Assembly (NCBI GenBank): GCA_038230335.1 | Contig: JBBRNL010000003.1 | Coordinates: forward strand, 59,085 to 123,084 | DNA length: 64,000 nucleotides | Direction: 5' to 3' | From: Chthoniobacterales bacterium | GTDB taxonomy: Bacteria; Verrucomicrobiota; Verrucomicrobiia; Chthoniobacterales; UBA10450 | Part shown: piece after piece, positions 34,774 to 43,601 of the stretch | Layout of the letters: the number at the start of each line of letters is the position of its first letter | How positions within the stretch are numbered: the stretch's first letter is position 1 | The notes under the pieces: model-generated | What the model was told of the DNA's origin: nothing | Database searches by the model: none | The model's input: only the letters and a program-made list of their open reading frames with translations | Position numbers and translations under genes: made by a program

Positions 34774-36861
34774 ATGAAAACTAGCAATGTTTTTTGCGCG
34801 AGCACAGTTCTCCTGCCTGCGTTGCTTTTTATTCCCTGTCATCTTTTGCTTGCGAAAGATAAGCCGATCCATCCGCCGGGCGACCATTTGACCCCTTCGC
34901 CGCTGTGCGCCTGGACGGATCAAGGCGTGATGAGAGGTGAAAAGCCGGACACGCAAATAATCGTGTCGAAGACCCATGTTGTACTCGTAACGACTGGTAG
35001 CTTGGGTTTCTTTGACAAGAAAGGAAACCGACTGGCGGTCGCATCGACTACGGATTTCTTCACTAACAACAAAACAAGAATGCCCGACGGCACGTTGATG
35101 TCGGATTTCCTCGTCGCGCATAAAGGTGAAAAACCGGTGTGGGGTTTTGGCGATTGCAAGGCCCTGTACGATCCGTATCGCAACCGTTTTTGGTTCCTCG
35201 CCACTTTTAACAACGCTTATCCAGGAGATGGCCAGATGTTCTGGGCCGTTGGTGTTTCAGATAGCAGTGATCCGACCCAGGGCTGGCGTACTTTTGTTCT
35301 GCCGGCTCATCGACGCGACGACAAACGCTATACCAATTCCGATTTTCCGATGCTCGGACTGGATAAGGAAGCGTTTTACGTTTCGGTCTGCGTTCTGATT
35401 GGCAATCCGGAGGTTCGCGCCCAGAACTACTGGTATGTGCTCGCCTTGAACGCCGACGACGTGGCCGCCGGAAAGGATCTGGCTTCAGTAAAAACAGCTG
35501 AACTCGATCACTGGCCCGATCCCGAAACTCATAAACCACTCGCGCGCGGAATTCTAATGCCAGCGATTCCAACCGGACTCAAAGAGACAAAGTCGGGAAT
35601 GAAGTTCGCCGGCGCTCTGGGTAAAAACACCGGCATTTGGTCGTTACGAAATCCGTTCAGTCTGCATCCGGAGATCCGAACGTGGACAGTGCCGATCAGC
35701 TCCCGCGGCCCGGGTTCAGCCGGCGTAAAACAACGACAGAAAGGAACGCCGGAACTCGCGCCGATTGCGTTGGGCGGTGCGATTGTGAGCGTGACCCAAT
35801 CGGGCGACGATCTGTATCTCGTTTCGCAAGACGTCATCCAAGGCGCAGATAAACACCCTCATACCGCCGTTCGCTTCAGTCAGGTGATATGTCCTGGGCC
35901 ATTCGGTCAGCCTCCCCGCGTCACCAAGGACATTAAGTATGGCGCCCAATCGCCCGAGGAACGGGACGCGAACCTGAACTACACCATTCCTTCCGCCATG
36001 ATTAACAAAAACGGCGATGCCATCGTCGTCGAAAACAGTGTAGGCCCGAGCGTCCATCAGGAAGCGCGCGCTTCGGCGATTTATCACGACAGCAGCTCGG
36101 CTGATTGGAGCGCACTAATTAAGACGGGCGAGGGCGCGAATACCGGCGGATGGGGCGATATTGCGAAGGCATCTCTGGATCCTTCCGATAACATCGGCAT
36201 CTGGGTTGCCACCCAATACGGCGCCGGTCATCACGCGCACCTCGCCATCGGCAAATTTTTGTCGGGACAAACAAGCCGCATCTCCGATGGCTGGCCCGGA
36301 TTATGGGCCAACACTGTCCAGGCCGCCACGGTGTGGCCTAACGGCAAACTTTATTTTTTCCGTGGCAGCGAATACATCCGCTACGACGTCGCGAGTAGCA
36401 AAGCAGATCCCGGATATCCGCAAACGATCGCAAAGGCATGGCCCGGGATTTGGCCGGAGGGATTCGATGCTGTGGCGGCCTGGCCTAACGGGAAGGCCTA
36501 CTTCTTTCGCGGCGATCAATATCTCCGCTACGACATCAGAACGGATAAAGTGGACGATGGCTATCCCAAGCCAATCACTTACGCCTGGTCCGGAGTATGG
36601 AAGGATGGAAAGATCGACGCGGTCGTTGTCTGGCCTAACGGGAAGGCCTATTTTTTCCGCGGCGATCAATACATTAGTTACGATATCAAGGCGGACAAGG
36701 CGGACGCGGGGTTCCCCAGGCCGATCGCGAATGATTGGCCCGGGCTTTGGGTCGATGGAGTCGATGCCGGAGTCGCTCTTCCGAGCGGAGCCGTCTATTT
36801 CTTTAAACGAAGCGATGTTTTCCGCGGCAAAGCAGCGGAGCTGCCCGCTGCCGCCCCTTAA
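34774..36861 (+). CDS. secreted protein with unknown N-terminal region and C-terminal four-blade hemopexin-like repeat domain
   Basis: Signal peptide. From about nt 36285 to 36830 there are four repeats of W-P-N-G-K-x-Y-F-F-R-G-x-x-Y-x-x-Y-D ... D-x-G-Y-P-x-x-I ... W-x-G-x-W, which is the hemopexin/MMP-type blade motif. Confidence 0.8.
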   Translation: MKTSNVFCASTVLLPALLFIPCHLLLAKDKPIHPPGDHLTPSPLCAWTDQGVMRGEKPDTQIIVSKTHVVLVTTGSLGFFDKKGNRLAVASTTDFFTNNKTRMPDGTLMSDFLVAHKGEKPVWGFGDCKALYDPYRNRFWFLATFNNAYPGDGQMFWAVGVSDSSDPTQGWRTFVLPAHRRDDKRYTNSDFPMLGLDKEAFYVSVCVLIGNPEVRAQNYWYVLALNADDVAAGKDLASVKTAELDHWPDPETHKPLARGILMPAIPTGLKETKSGMKFAGALGKNTGIWSLRNPFSLHPEIRTWTVPISSRGPGSAGVKQRQKGTPELAPIALGGAIVSVTQSGDDLYLVSQDVIQGADKHPHTAVRFSQVICPGPFGQPPRVTKDIKYGAQSPEERDANLNYTIPSAMINKNGDAIVVENSVGPSVHQEARASAIYHDSSSADWSALIKTGEGANTGGWGDIAKASLDPSDNIGIWVATQYGAGHHAHLAIGKFLSGQTSRISDGWPGLWANTVQAATVWPNGKLYFFRGSEYIRYDVASSKADPGYPQTIAKAWPGIWPEGFDAVAAWPNGKAYFFRGDQYLRYDIRTDKVDDGYPKPITYAWSGVWKDGKIDAVVVWPNGKAYFFRGDQYISYDIKADKADAGFPRPIANDWPGLWVDGVDAGVALPSGAVYFFKRSDVFRGKAAELPAAAP

Positions 36862-36884
36862 GGCGAGTTAGAACTGTTGTAACC

Positions 36885-37166
36885 GTGGCGCGATGTGCTG
36901 TAAGTAAGGCGGCGATGAAAGATCGACATCCGGAAACAGCCAAAGTCATGGGCCGGCTGGCCGGCGTGTTTGTCTATCTACTTTGGGCGAACCTTTCGTT
37001 AGCGCGTGTCCCGATCGCCCAACCTCTCGCGCCGGAAAGAGTCGCCGCCGTGGATGCTGCGGTGCAGGCGGAGATGCAGAAGGAGCAAGTTGTTGGGATG
37101 GCGGTCGGTATCATCGATCCGGGAAAATTTTCGACGCTGATTTACGCAGTCCCGGTGAAGAAGTGA
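36885..37166 (+). pseudogene. N-terminal fragment of a serine hydrolase (beta-lactamase-fold) gene
   Basis: A signal-like MGRLAGVFVYLLWANLSLA is followed by VAAVDAAVQAEMQKEQVVGMAVGIIDPGK. This resembles the first ~60 aa of class-C beta-lactamase-fold proteins, but the ORF stops before the SxxK region. Confidence 0.35.
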
Positions 37167-37600
37167 TGAGAGTTGTTCCGGCCTCTCTAATTTTCGGGAT
37201 AATGATCGCGGCCGCGGCCATTGGGCAGGAGGTGCAGCAACCCGCGGCCGGTTCGCCCGCGCGCAAAGCCATCCTGGATGGATTGCGCGAGAACGAAGTG
37301 GTGCGGAAACTTAGCGCGGAATGGAAGGCAAGAATTGTCTTCAGCCATGTCGCCGTCCGCCAGGCAAAAGATTGGGCGTGGGTCGTCGCTTCTCCGCAAA
37401 GCGAGGATGAGAAACACATCATCGAACCGCTTACCAGCGTCATGCGCGAAAAGGTCGGCCACTGGCAGGTGGTGGAATTTATCTCGGACGAAGTTGCGCC
37501 GGCCGACAATCCGGAAGTAGCTTATCGCAGTTGGCGCTCGCAATTCATCGGGCGGCATCCCGACTGCCCGGCGAGGATATTTCCCGAGAAATTCGATTAG
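37166..37600 (+). CDS. hypothetical secreted protein
   Basis: ORF 36983..37600. The ATG at 37166 (MRVVPASLIFGIMIAAAAIG) overlaps the preceding stop (TGATG). Confidence 0.5.
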   Translation: MRVVPASLIFGIMIAAAAIGQEVQQPAAGSPARKAILDGLRENEVVRKLSAEWKARIVFSHVAVRQAKDWAWVVASPQSEDEKHIIEPLTSVMREKVGHWQVVEFISDEVAPADNPEVAYRSWRSQFIGRHPDCPARIFPEKFD

Positions 37601-37602
37601 CA

Positions 37603-38616
37603 ATGAGTCACCCAACCAACCTGAATAATATGTCGATCCAAAAGATCATTCCGCTCCTCTTCGTCCTCGGTGGCTTATCCACCGCATTCGGTTCCGATCC
37701 CATCACCGTCGACATCCCCGGTGCCAAAGACAATCCGTTGCTGAAGCGCTATGAGGGCTCAGTTATCTTCCAGTATTCGCAAAAGGAGTTCGATGAGTAC
37801 TCGATGGCGCTGGGGAAGGGATTGAATCCTTCCGGCGGCGGCAAGTCGAATGAGAAAGAACAAACGGTCGAAGGCAAAGTCACCCGTATCTCCTATTTTG
37901 CTCCGAACGGGCGCTCCACCCTGGAGGTTTTCCGGAACTATGAGAACGACCTGAAGGCCAAGGGATTTCAAACCCTCTTCAGCGCCAGCAAGGAAGACTT
38001 GGGCTACGATTTTCAAGGCCGTTACGCCGGCATCTACTCTCAGATCTTCGAATACTCCGACTTCAACTCCCGCTATGTCGCAGCCAAGCTTTCCCGTCCG
38101 GAAGGCGATGTTTACGCGACGGTGTTTGTTACTGGCTACACCAACGGGACCACCGCCGATGTTAAGTTGGAGAAAAATCAAACCATCGTGCAGGTGGACA
38201 TCGTCGAATCCAAGCCGATGGAAGAAAAAATGGTCAGCGTGACCGCCGAGAAAATGGCCTCGAGCCTGCAGGACACCGGCCGCGTCGCGCTCTACGGGAT
38301 TTATTTCGACTTCAGCAAGGACGAAGTAAAACCGGAATCCGCCGCCACCTTGGAGCAAATCGCGAAATTGCTCGGCTCGGATGCGACCATGAAGCTTCTT
38401 GTCACTGGCCATACCGATAACGTCGGCAGCTTTGAATCCAATCGCACGCTGTCCGAACGCCGCGCCCAATCGGTCGTGCGCCAGCTGGTATCGCACTACA
38501 GTATTTCCACCGAGCGGCTGTTTCCGTTCGGGGTCAGCTTTGCCGCGCCCGCCGCGCCTAACGATAGCGAAGAAAATCGCGCCAAGAATCGACGGGTCGA
38601 ACTCGTCCGCATGTAA
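37603..38616 (+). CDS. OmpA-family (peptidoglycan-binding C-terminal domain) protein
   Basis: ORF 37531..38616, with start MSHPTN or MSIQKIIPLLFVLGG. The C-terminal LLVTGHTDNVGSFESNRTLSERRAQSV...NRRVELV is the OmpA_C motif. Confidence 0.85.
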   Translation: MSHPTNLNNMSIQKIIPLLFVLGGLSTAFGSDPITVDIPGAKDNPLLKRYEGSVIFQYSQKEFDEYSMALGKGLNPSGGGKSNEKEQTVEGKVTRISYFAPNGRSTLEVFRNYENDLKAKGFQTLFSASKEDLGYDFQGRYAGIYSQIFEYSDFNSRYVAAKLSRPEGDVYATVFVTGYTNGTTADVKLEKNQTIVQVDIVESKPMEEKMVSVTAEKMASSLQDTGRVALYGIYFDFSKDEVKPESAATLEQIAKLLGSDATMKLLVTGHTDNVGSFESNRTLSERRAQSVVRQLVSHYSISTERLFPFGVSFAAPAAPNDSEENRAKNRRVELVRM

Positions 38617-38620
38617 CCTT

Positions 38621-39100
38621 ATGAAACTATGCTGCTTTATCCTCACCTTGCTCGTTATTCTGGCCACGTTCGTCCGGGCCGACGACCAAAACCGCGCCGG
38701 CAAAATCCTCACGGTCGATCTTGCGCAGAAGATCCTCGGATCTCCGCCGGAATCGAATGCGATGCCTGCCATGCCCGATACCGAAATCGGTAAAACGTGG
38801 GTCAGCCGGATGTCCTACTCGTCGAAAGCGGGCGGCGCGGCCTCCACCGAGATCAGTCTGCTCATTCGTCACGGGGACAGCGCCGACCAGGCGAAGGTCA
38901 TCTTCGAGTCCAGCAAAGCCACCTTCAAGGGCGTCGACGTCGCCGGTCTGGGCGACGCGGCCTACCGCACGCAAACTCCCGCCCAGCTCGACATCCTCAA
39001 GGGTCCAAACTGGCTCATCATTTCCGCCGGAACCGTGCGCGAGCCCAATCCTGCTCTGCAGGAAAAAGCCGCCCGCGAAATTCTTACCAGGCTGCCGTGA
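38621..39100 (+). CDS. hypothetical secreted protein
   Basis: ORF 38399..39100. The realistic start is ATG 38621 (MKLCCFILTLLVILATFVRA). Confidence 0.5.
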   Translation: MKLCCFILTLLVILATFVRADDQNRAGKILTVDLAQKILGSPPESNAMPAMPDTEIGKTWVSRMSYSSKAGGAASTEISLLIRHGDSADQAKVIFESSKATFKGVDVAGLGDAAYRTQTPAQLDILKGPNWLIISAGTVREPNPALQEKAAREILTRLP

Positions 39101-39248
39101 GCGGCGCGCCCATGCGCTTGCCTAACGACTCTTCGCCATTGGACGTTGTGTATGAACTCGAACATTTACTAGAGCGATTAAGCCGGCCCAAGCCAAGGGC
39201 AGGACCGGCCTGGCCGGCTTGTATCTAACAAGCAGGAGTGGCACAACA

Positions 39249-39400
39249 ATGAGCAAGGAAATTGTCTATGTCGGAATGGATGTGGCCAAAGCGTCTCTGG
39301 ATGTGGCCTGGGCGCACAAAAGGTAGCAGGTGCCTAACGATACCGCCGGGAAGAAAGCAGCTCGTGCGGTGGGTAAAATAGATCGACGGTGCGGACGAGC
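39249..39400 (+). mobile_element. decayed IS110-family transposase N-terminal remnant
   Basis: Hand translation gives MSKEIVYVGMDVAKASLDVAWAHKR*, which is the DEDD-transposase N-terminus pattern VG(I/M)DV(A/S)K..LDVA. It continues after the stop and a frameshift as QVPNDTAGKK / QLVRWVK (N-D-x-x-G ... L-x-x-W). The rest of the gene is absent. Confidence 0.6.
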
Positions 39401-39586
39401 CGGCTGAGGCGAAGGATGCGGGCGAGGACGAAGGTTCTGATATCCCTTCGGTCGAACAGATCTCAGTGCAGGCGTCGCCGCAGAGCGGCTGGAGATTTCG
39501 CACAGTCTTGATCTGAGACAGAGCCTCCTCGCGGGGGGGGCGCACGATAAAATTTCTCCTTGAGCCAAGACTGCGAAATTTGAGTT

Positions 39587-40600
39587 CTACGGAGGAGTAT
39601 CCGCTTCCGCTGCGGGTTTGACTCGAACGCTATCGTCTTCTCCGACTTCCACGTTCACTTTGCTAGCGCCGGCCTCCTTGGCCTCGATGAACTGATTGGC
39701 AAAGAGGTCCGAGAGGATCCGCTCCAGTTCGCGGATGCCGAAGCGGCTCACTTTTTCGTTTGCCATGAGCGCGCGCAAGATGAGTTCAGGCGCGACAAAA
39801 TGCACTTGGAGGCCATATTCGCCCGCGAGTTTGGCGATTTTCAGGAGCGCAATTTCCGCCACCACCATGCCTTTGAGCGGTTTGAACACGTAAACTTTGT
39901 CGATGCGCCCGAGAATTTCCGGCCGGAAAACCTTGCCTTCGGCCAGCTCGCCCTTTACGGCGTTGACCATCTCGTGGTAATCCGTCATTTCGGCTTGGAT
40001 TTTTCCGATTGCCTCCGCGTGCGCGTTGCTTGTGAGAATAAAAATGCATTGCGTGTAATCGACTGCTTTGCCACTGCCCTGCTCGGTCAGGCGCCCTTCT
40101 CCGAGAAGTTGCAGGAAGAGATCAAAGACCGGCGGGTAAGCTTTTTCGATCTCATCGAAGAGAATCAGGCGGCGGGGATTGGCCATTACCGGGCGCGTCA
40201 GCTGTCCGCCCAAATCGCTCCCCACGTAACCGACGGGCATGCCGATGAGGCGCGCTTTCGCTTCCACGTTGCTGAATTCGGAACAGTCGAAACGCAGCAT
40301 CGCTTTCTCATCCTTGAACAAATACTCAGCGATCGCTTTCGCCAGTTCGGTCTTGCCGGTACCAGTTGGTCCCAGGAAAAGCAGGTTCGCGATTGGTTTG
40401 TCTTTTTGCTTTTTTGCGGCCTGCAGACGAATCAGCTTGGCAACATCTTCAAGGATTGGGTCCTGGCCCTTGACGCGTGAGCGAAGGTGCGCAAGCAAGG
40501 CTGCCTCGTCGATCTTCGTGCCCAGGGTTTTATTCTCTCTGTCATCTATCATGGCTTTGAGCTGTTCCCAGTCGGTCATGCCTTGGATTGGATCGGCCAT
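39587..40600 (-). CDS. stand-alone ClpB-D2-like AAA+ ATPase (AAA_2 + small D2 domain), soluble
   Basis: Walker A is LLFLGPTGTGKTELAKAIA, the pore loop is GMPVGYVGSDLGG, Walker B is LILFDEIEKAY and the sensor region is FILTSN. The C-terminal small domain contains FGIRELERIL. Confidence 0.85.
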   Translation of the reverse strand: MADPIQGMTDWEQLKAMIDDRENKTLGTKIDEAALLAHLRSRVKGQDPILEDVAKLIRLQAAKKQKDKPIANLLFLGPTGTGKTELAKAIAEYLFKDEKAMLRFDCSEFSNVEAKARLIGMPVGYVGSDLGGQLTRPVMANPRRLILFDEIEKAYPPVFDLFLQLLGEGRLTEQGSGKAVDYTQCIFILTSNAHAEAIGKIQAEMTDYHEMVNAVKGELAEGKVFRPEILGRIDKVYVFKPLKGMVVAEIALLKIAKLAGEYGLQVHFVAPELILRALMANEKVSRFGIRELERILSDLFANQFIEAKEAGASKVNVEVGEDDSVRVKPAAEADTPP

Positions 40601-40710
40601 ATGTTCGTTAGTGCTTCGGCTGGCTCATTATCTTAAATGAAGCAGGATTTCGCCGCTTCGCAGCAGGATTGCGGTTGGGGCGAGATCAGACATTCTGGCA
40701 TCGCCACTTG

Positions 40711-42432
40711 TTACGGCTCCACATTCACGTCGCCGCCCCCGTGCACAGTGTCCGCGTGATTCATCCCGAGGGAGCCTCCCTTCATGGTCAGTCTCCCTCC
40801 CGGGTAAGCGGCTATGCCAAAAATCGTATTTTGCTGGACGGTGCAATCGTTCAAAGTGATCGTCCCGCCGCTGCTGGGATCGGTGCCGACTCCGGCCTGC
40901 GCACCGCGCGCGTTTTCTTTCATTGTGCAACCGGTCGCGGAAATATTTGCTCCGAGGAGCGCCACCAGGCCGTTGCCGCTACAGCCTATGATTGTGGTTC
41001 TGGTCAGATCGATATTCGTGCTGGCGTCCCGGCTCTGAATTCCGGCCCTGCTCATATCGGAAATCTTACAGTCGTTCATCGTCAACTGACTGCCGGCAGC
41101 GGCCGCTGCGCCATCCTGCTTGGCGCCGAGGAATTTAACCTTGTCGAGTTCGCCCCTGGCGCTCGGTGTTTTGGCGAACCCGAGAATCAGGCCGCACGCC
41201 CCCGAATCGCTGATCGTGCTTTTCGATGCCTTCAAATGTGCACCAGCGCCAACGAAGAGCCCATTTTGGAGCGATTCGGCAATGGTACAATCGGTCAGGG
41301 TAAGGGTCCCCTTGTCATAGGCGATCACCGCATGGGAGAACCCCGAGATCTTCTTATTGTCGGTGATCAATCCGGTTCGATGCATCGCGACCTTTTCCAA
41401 GGTGAGCTGGCCCTCCTGGCACGCGACCAATCCCTGCTTGTTATCGTAGAACTTATCGTCTTGCAAAAAGGCTTTCGCCTTACTTTTGACGGAAATCATG
41501 CCGCTACTGGTATTGCTGGTTTCGCCGGTGACGCCGTTCTCTCTAAAGGTGCTTCCAATGATGTTTAATGTCGCCCCTTCCTCGGCGACGATGACGGCGG
41601 TGTTCCCATGGAACTGGCAGGCTTTCAGGGAGGCCGAAGCAGGCCCGCCAATTACGCCGACCGTAATGCCCTGCCCGTTAGGCAGTCCCAGCTTCTGAAA
41701 AACGCAATTGTCCGCCTGCAACTGGACTCCGCCAAGGGCCTCAATACCCCAGTGTGCATCGGACAAATTACACTGGCTGAGAGCGACGTGAGCAGTCCCC
41801 TCGCATTTTAGGCAACAGCCAGTCCCGGAGGTCTGAAAAGACGAGCCCTGCGCGCGGAGCGAGGCCTTTTCAGTGAGATAGACATCGAATTTACTTTTCG
41901 TGGCGGTCGAGCAATTTGTCATCTCGACGCTTGAATCGCCCGCGATCCGGATGGCGGGACCTTCCCCTGCCACATCGAAATTGATCGTCAGATTTTCGAG
42001 CGACACTTTTTTTCCCGAAATGGAAAGGCCCACGCGTTTTGGGTCGTTAAAGCGCATGGTGGCGACCCCTTTGTCCGCCGGGGGTCCGATGAAGCGGGCG
42101 CTGACGTTTATTTCGCAATTTCCGGTGTAATCGCCCGGTCGCAGGGTGACGACATCGCCATCCGTTAGGCTGGCGACGACTGCCGCCAAATCAGCGCCGT
42201 CGGCGTCGCGCGCGCCGGAGGCGTCGAGGATCCATTCTCCGCGCATTTTTGGAGTGATCCTGCGGGGAGCAGGCTGAGCTGTTCGCGCCGGAGATTCCAC
42301 CTTGTTCGTGCCAGTGCCCGAGGGCGGTCCCGTCTTGTTCGTCGCGTTGTAGACGATTGTTCCGGCGGAAAGCAGCGCAACCAGCAGGCAAAGCTGAAAC
42401 CACTGGTCTTGCAGGAGGGCCCGCCAATTCAT
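40711..42432 (-). CDS. membrane-anchored right-handed parallel beta-helix repeat protein
   Basis: An N-terminal TM (WFQLCLLVALLSAGTIVY) is followed by about 20 repeats of 22-25 aa of the type x-L-x-(L/M)-x-(D/N)-C-x-(I/F) (e.g. LTLTDCTIAES, LTMNDCKISDM, ITLNDCTVQQN). This is typical of PbH1/pectate-lyase-fold coils. Confidence 0.75.
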   Translation of the reverse strand: MNWRALLQDQWFQLCLLVALLSAGTIVYNATNKTGPPSGTGTNKVESPARTAQPAPRRITPKMRGEWILDASGARDADGADLAAVVASLTDGDVVTLRPGDYTGNCEINVSARFIGPPADKGVATMRFNDPKRVGLSISGKKVSLENLTINFDVAGEGPAIRIAGDSSVEMTNCSTATKSKFDVYLTEKASLRAQGSSFQTSGTGCCLKCEGTAHVALSQCNLSDAHWGIEALGGVQLQADNCVFQKLGLPNGQGITVGVIGGPASASLKACQFHGNTAVIVAEEGATLNIIGSTFRENGVTGETSNTSSGMISVKSKAKAFLQDDKFYDNKQGLVACQEGQLTLEKVAMHRTGLITDNKKISGFSHAVIAYDKGTLTLTDCTIAESLQNGLFVGAGAHLKASKSTISDSGACGLILGFAKTPSARGELDKVKFLGAKQDGAAAAAGSQLTMNDCKISDMSRAGIQSRDASTNIDLTRTTIIGCSGNGLVALLGANISATGCTMKENARGAQAGVGTDPSSGGTITLNDCTVQQNTIFGIAAYPGGRLTMKGGSLGMNHADTVHGGGDVNVEP

Positions 42433-43601
42433 TTTTCTTCGCTCGGAGAGATTTCGAGTTCGCCGGTCGGTCCGACAGCGAGATCGAGTCTTTTTATACC
42501 GCGGGCCCGAGCCCGACCGATGGCCGGGCTGGTTTTCATTTGCACGTAGGCGCCGAGTTGGCGCACGCCATATTGCTTGAACTCCTCGTTGCGCTGCACG
42601 GCCTCGAAAATCAACTCCGGTGCGGCATGTCGAACTTCAATTCCGTAGGTCCGCCAGTGACGCGCCAGCTGTAGGCAGGCGACTTCTGCCACATGCAGGG
42701 GCGAAAGTTCATCCATCAGAATTACGGACGACCAGCGCGCAAGAAAGGCCCGGTCGAATCCAGCTCCTTCCACGAGCGCGTCGCGGCTCCGTCCCATCCA
42801 GGCGACCGCATCGTTTCCCGTTTCCGCGCGGATTTTTCGCAGCGCTTCCACTCCCGCGTTGCAGGTGGCGAAGAAGACGCAGCCGCTGAAATCGACCATC
42901 CGGCCCGAGCTTTTTTCGCGGCATTCGGCAGTATCCAGGATATCGTAGAGACAATGCTGCAAATCGCGATGCGCCTTTTCTAATTCGTCCAAAATGATGA
43001 CGCGTCGGGGATTTTGTAGCACAGGTCGGGTGAGGGTGCCGCCTACTTCATAACCGGCCCGGCCCGGCGGCGGTCCGATCAAGGTGAAGACGTCGTCGGG
43101 GTGCTTGTATTGGTTCATGCGCAGGAGGACGGCTTCGGAATCCGGATAGAGCGCGTCGGCGATCAATTGGCCAAGAAAAGTTTTTCCCGTTCCCGTGGGA
43201 CCAATGAGGAAGAATGCGCCGAGCGTGCGGCCAGGCGTGGCCAGGGCCAGATTGGCCTGCAGTTGGGCGAGGATGGAGTCGATTGCTTCATCCTGGCCGC
43301 GAACATTTTCTTTTAGCCACGGACCGTAAGGGGAAAGATCGAGCGCGGCCAGTTTTGTATAGTCGAGTGCTTCGGCCGTTGCCCGGTCGACGCGCCGTTG
43401 TCGCCAAACCAGGCATCCCATTCCGACTAACGACACCGCCAGAAGTGATGGTGCGAAAAAATGATTAACTTTATTGAGCCCTAAAATCGCTCCCGCGACC
43501 ATGACCAGGAGCATGGCGAAGAAGAGGGGGCTCTGCGCCGCTTCCTGGGATTGGCCTGCCTGATCCGCAATTCTGGCGCTCCGCCCGGGACCTGGATTCA
43601 C
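42429..43601 (-). CDS. membrane-anchored ClpB-D2-like AAA+ ATPase (two N-terminal TM helices)
   Basis: The TM helices are LFFAMLLVMVAGAILGL and LLAVSLVGMGCLVW. Walker A is FFLIGPTGTGKTFLGQLIA and Walker B is VIILDELEKAH. The pore-loop position reads PPGRAGYEVGG, so the first Tyr-Val of GYVG is replaced. The stop overlaps the start of the beta-helix gene. Confidence 0.8.
   Translation of the reverse strand: MNPGPGRSARIADQAGQSQEAAQSPLFFAMLLVMVAGAILGLNKVNHFFAPSLLAVSLVGMGCLVWRQRRVDRATAEALDYTKLAALDLSPYGPWLKENVRGQDEAIDSILAQLQANLALATPGRTLGAFFLIGPTGTGKTFLGQLIADALYPDSEAVLLRMNQYKHPDDVFTLIGPPPGRAGYEVGGTLTRPVLQNPRRVIILDELEKAHRDLQHCLYDILDTAECREKSSGRMVDFSGCVFFATCNAGVEALRKIRAETGNDAVAWMGRSRDALVEGAGFDRAFLARWSSVILMDELSPLHVAEVACLQLARHWRTYGIEVRHAAPELIFEAVQRNEEFKQYGVRQLGAYVQMKTSPAIGRARARGIKRLDLAVGPTGELEISPSEEK

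Noticed and set aside
36161-36871. 236-aa alternative-frame ORF inside the hemopexin-repeat region
   Set aside because: It is an out-of-frame reading of repeated DNA. The annotated frame carries the hemopexin blade motifs.
37759-38772. 337-aa minus-strand ORF opposite the OmpA-family gene. Similar shadows include 19802..20638 (+), 40669..41568 (+), 39800..40480 (+), 14128..14841 (-), 16687..17442 (-), 22842..23561 (-), 23646..24260 (-), 49225..49860 (+), 8040..8591 (+) and 35716..36087 (-).
   Set aside because: Each fully overlaps a motif-supported gene on the other strand. Their compositions (Arg/His/Gly-rich, no hydrophobic core pattern) are typical of antisense frames in high-GC genomes.
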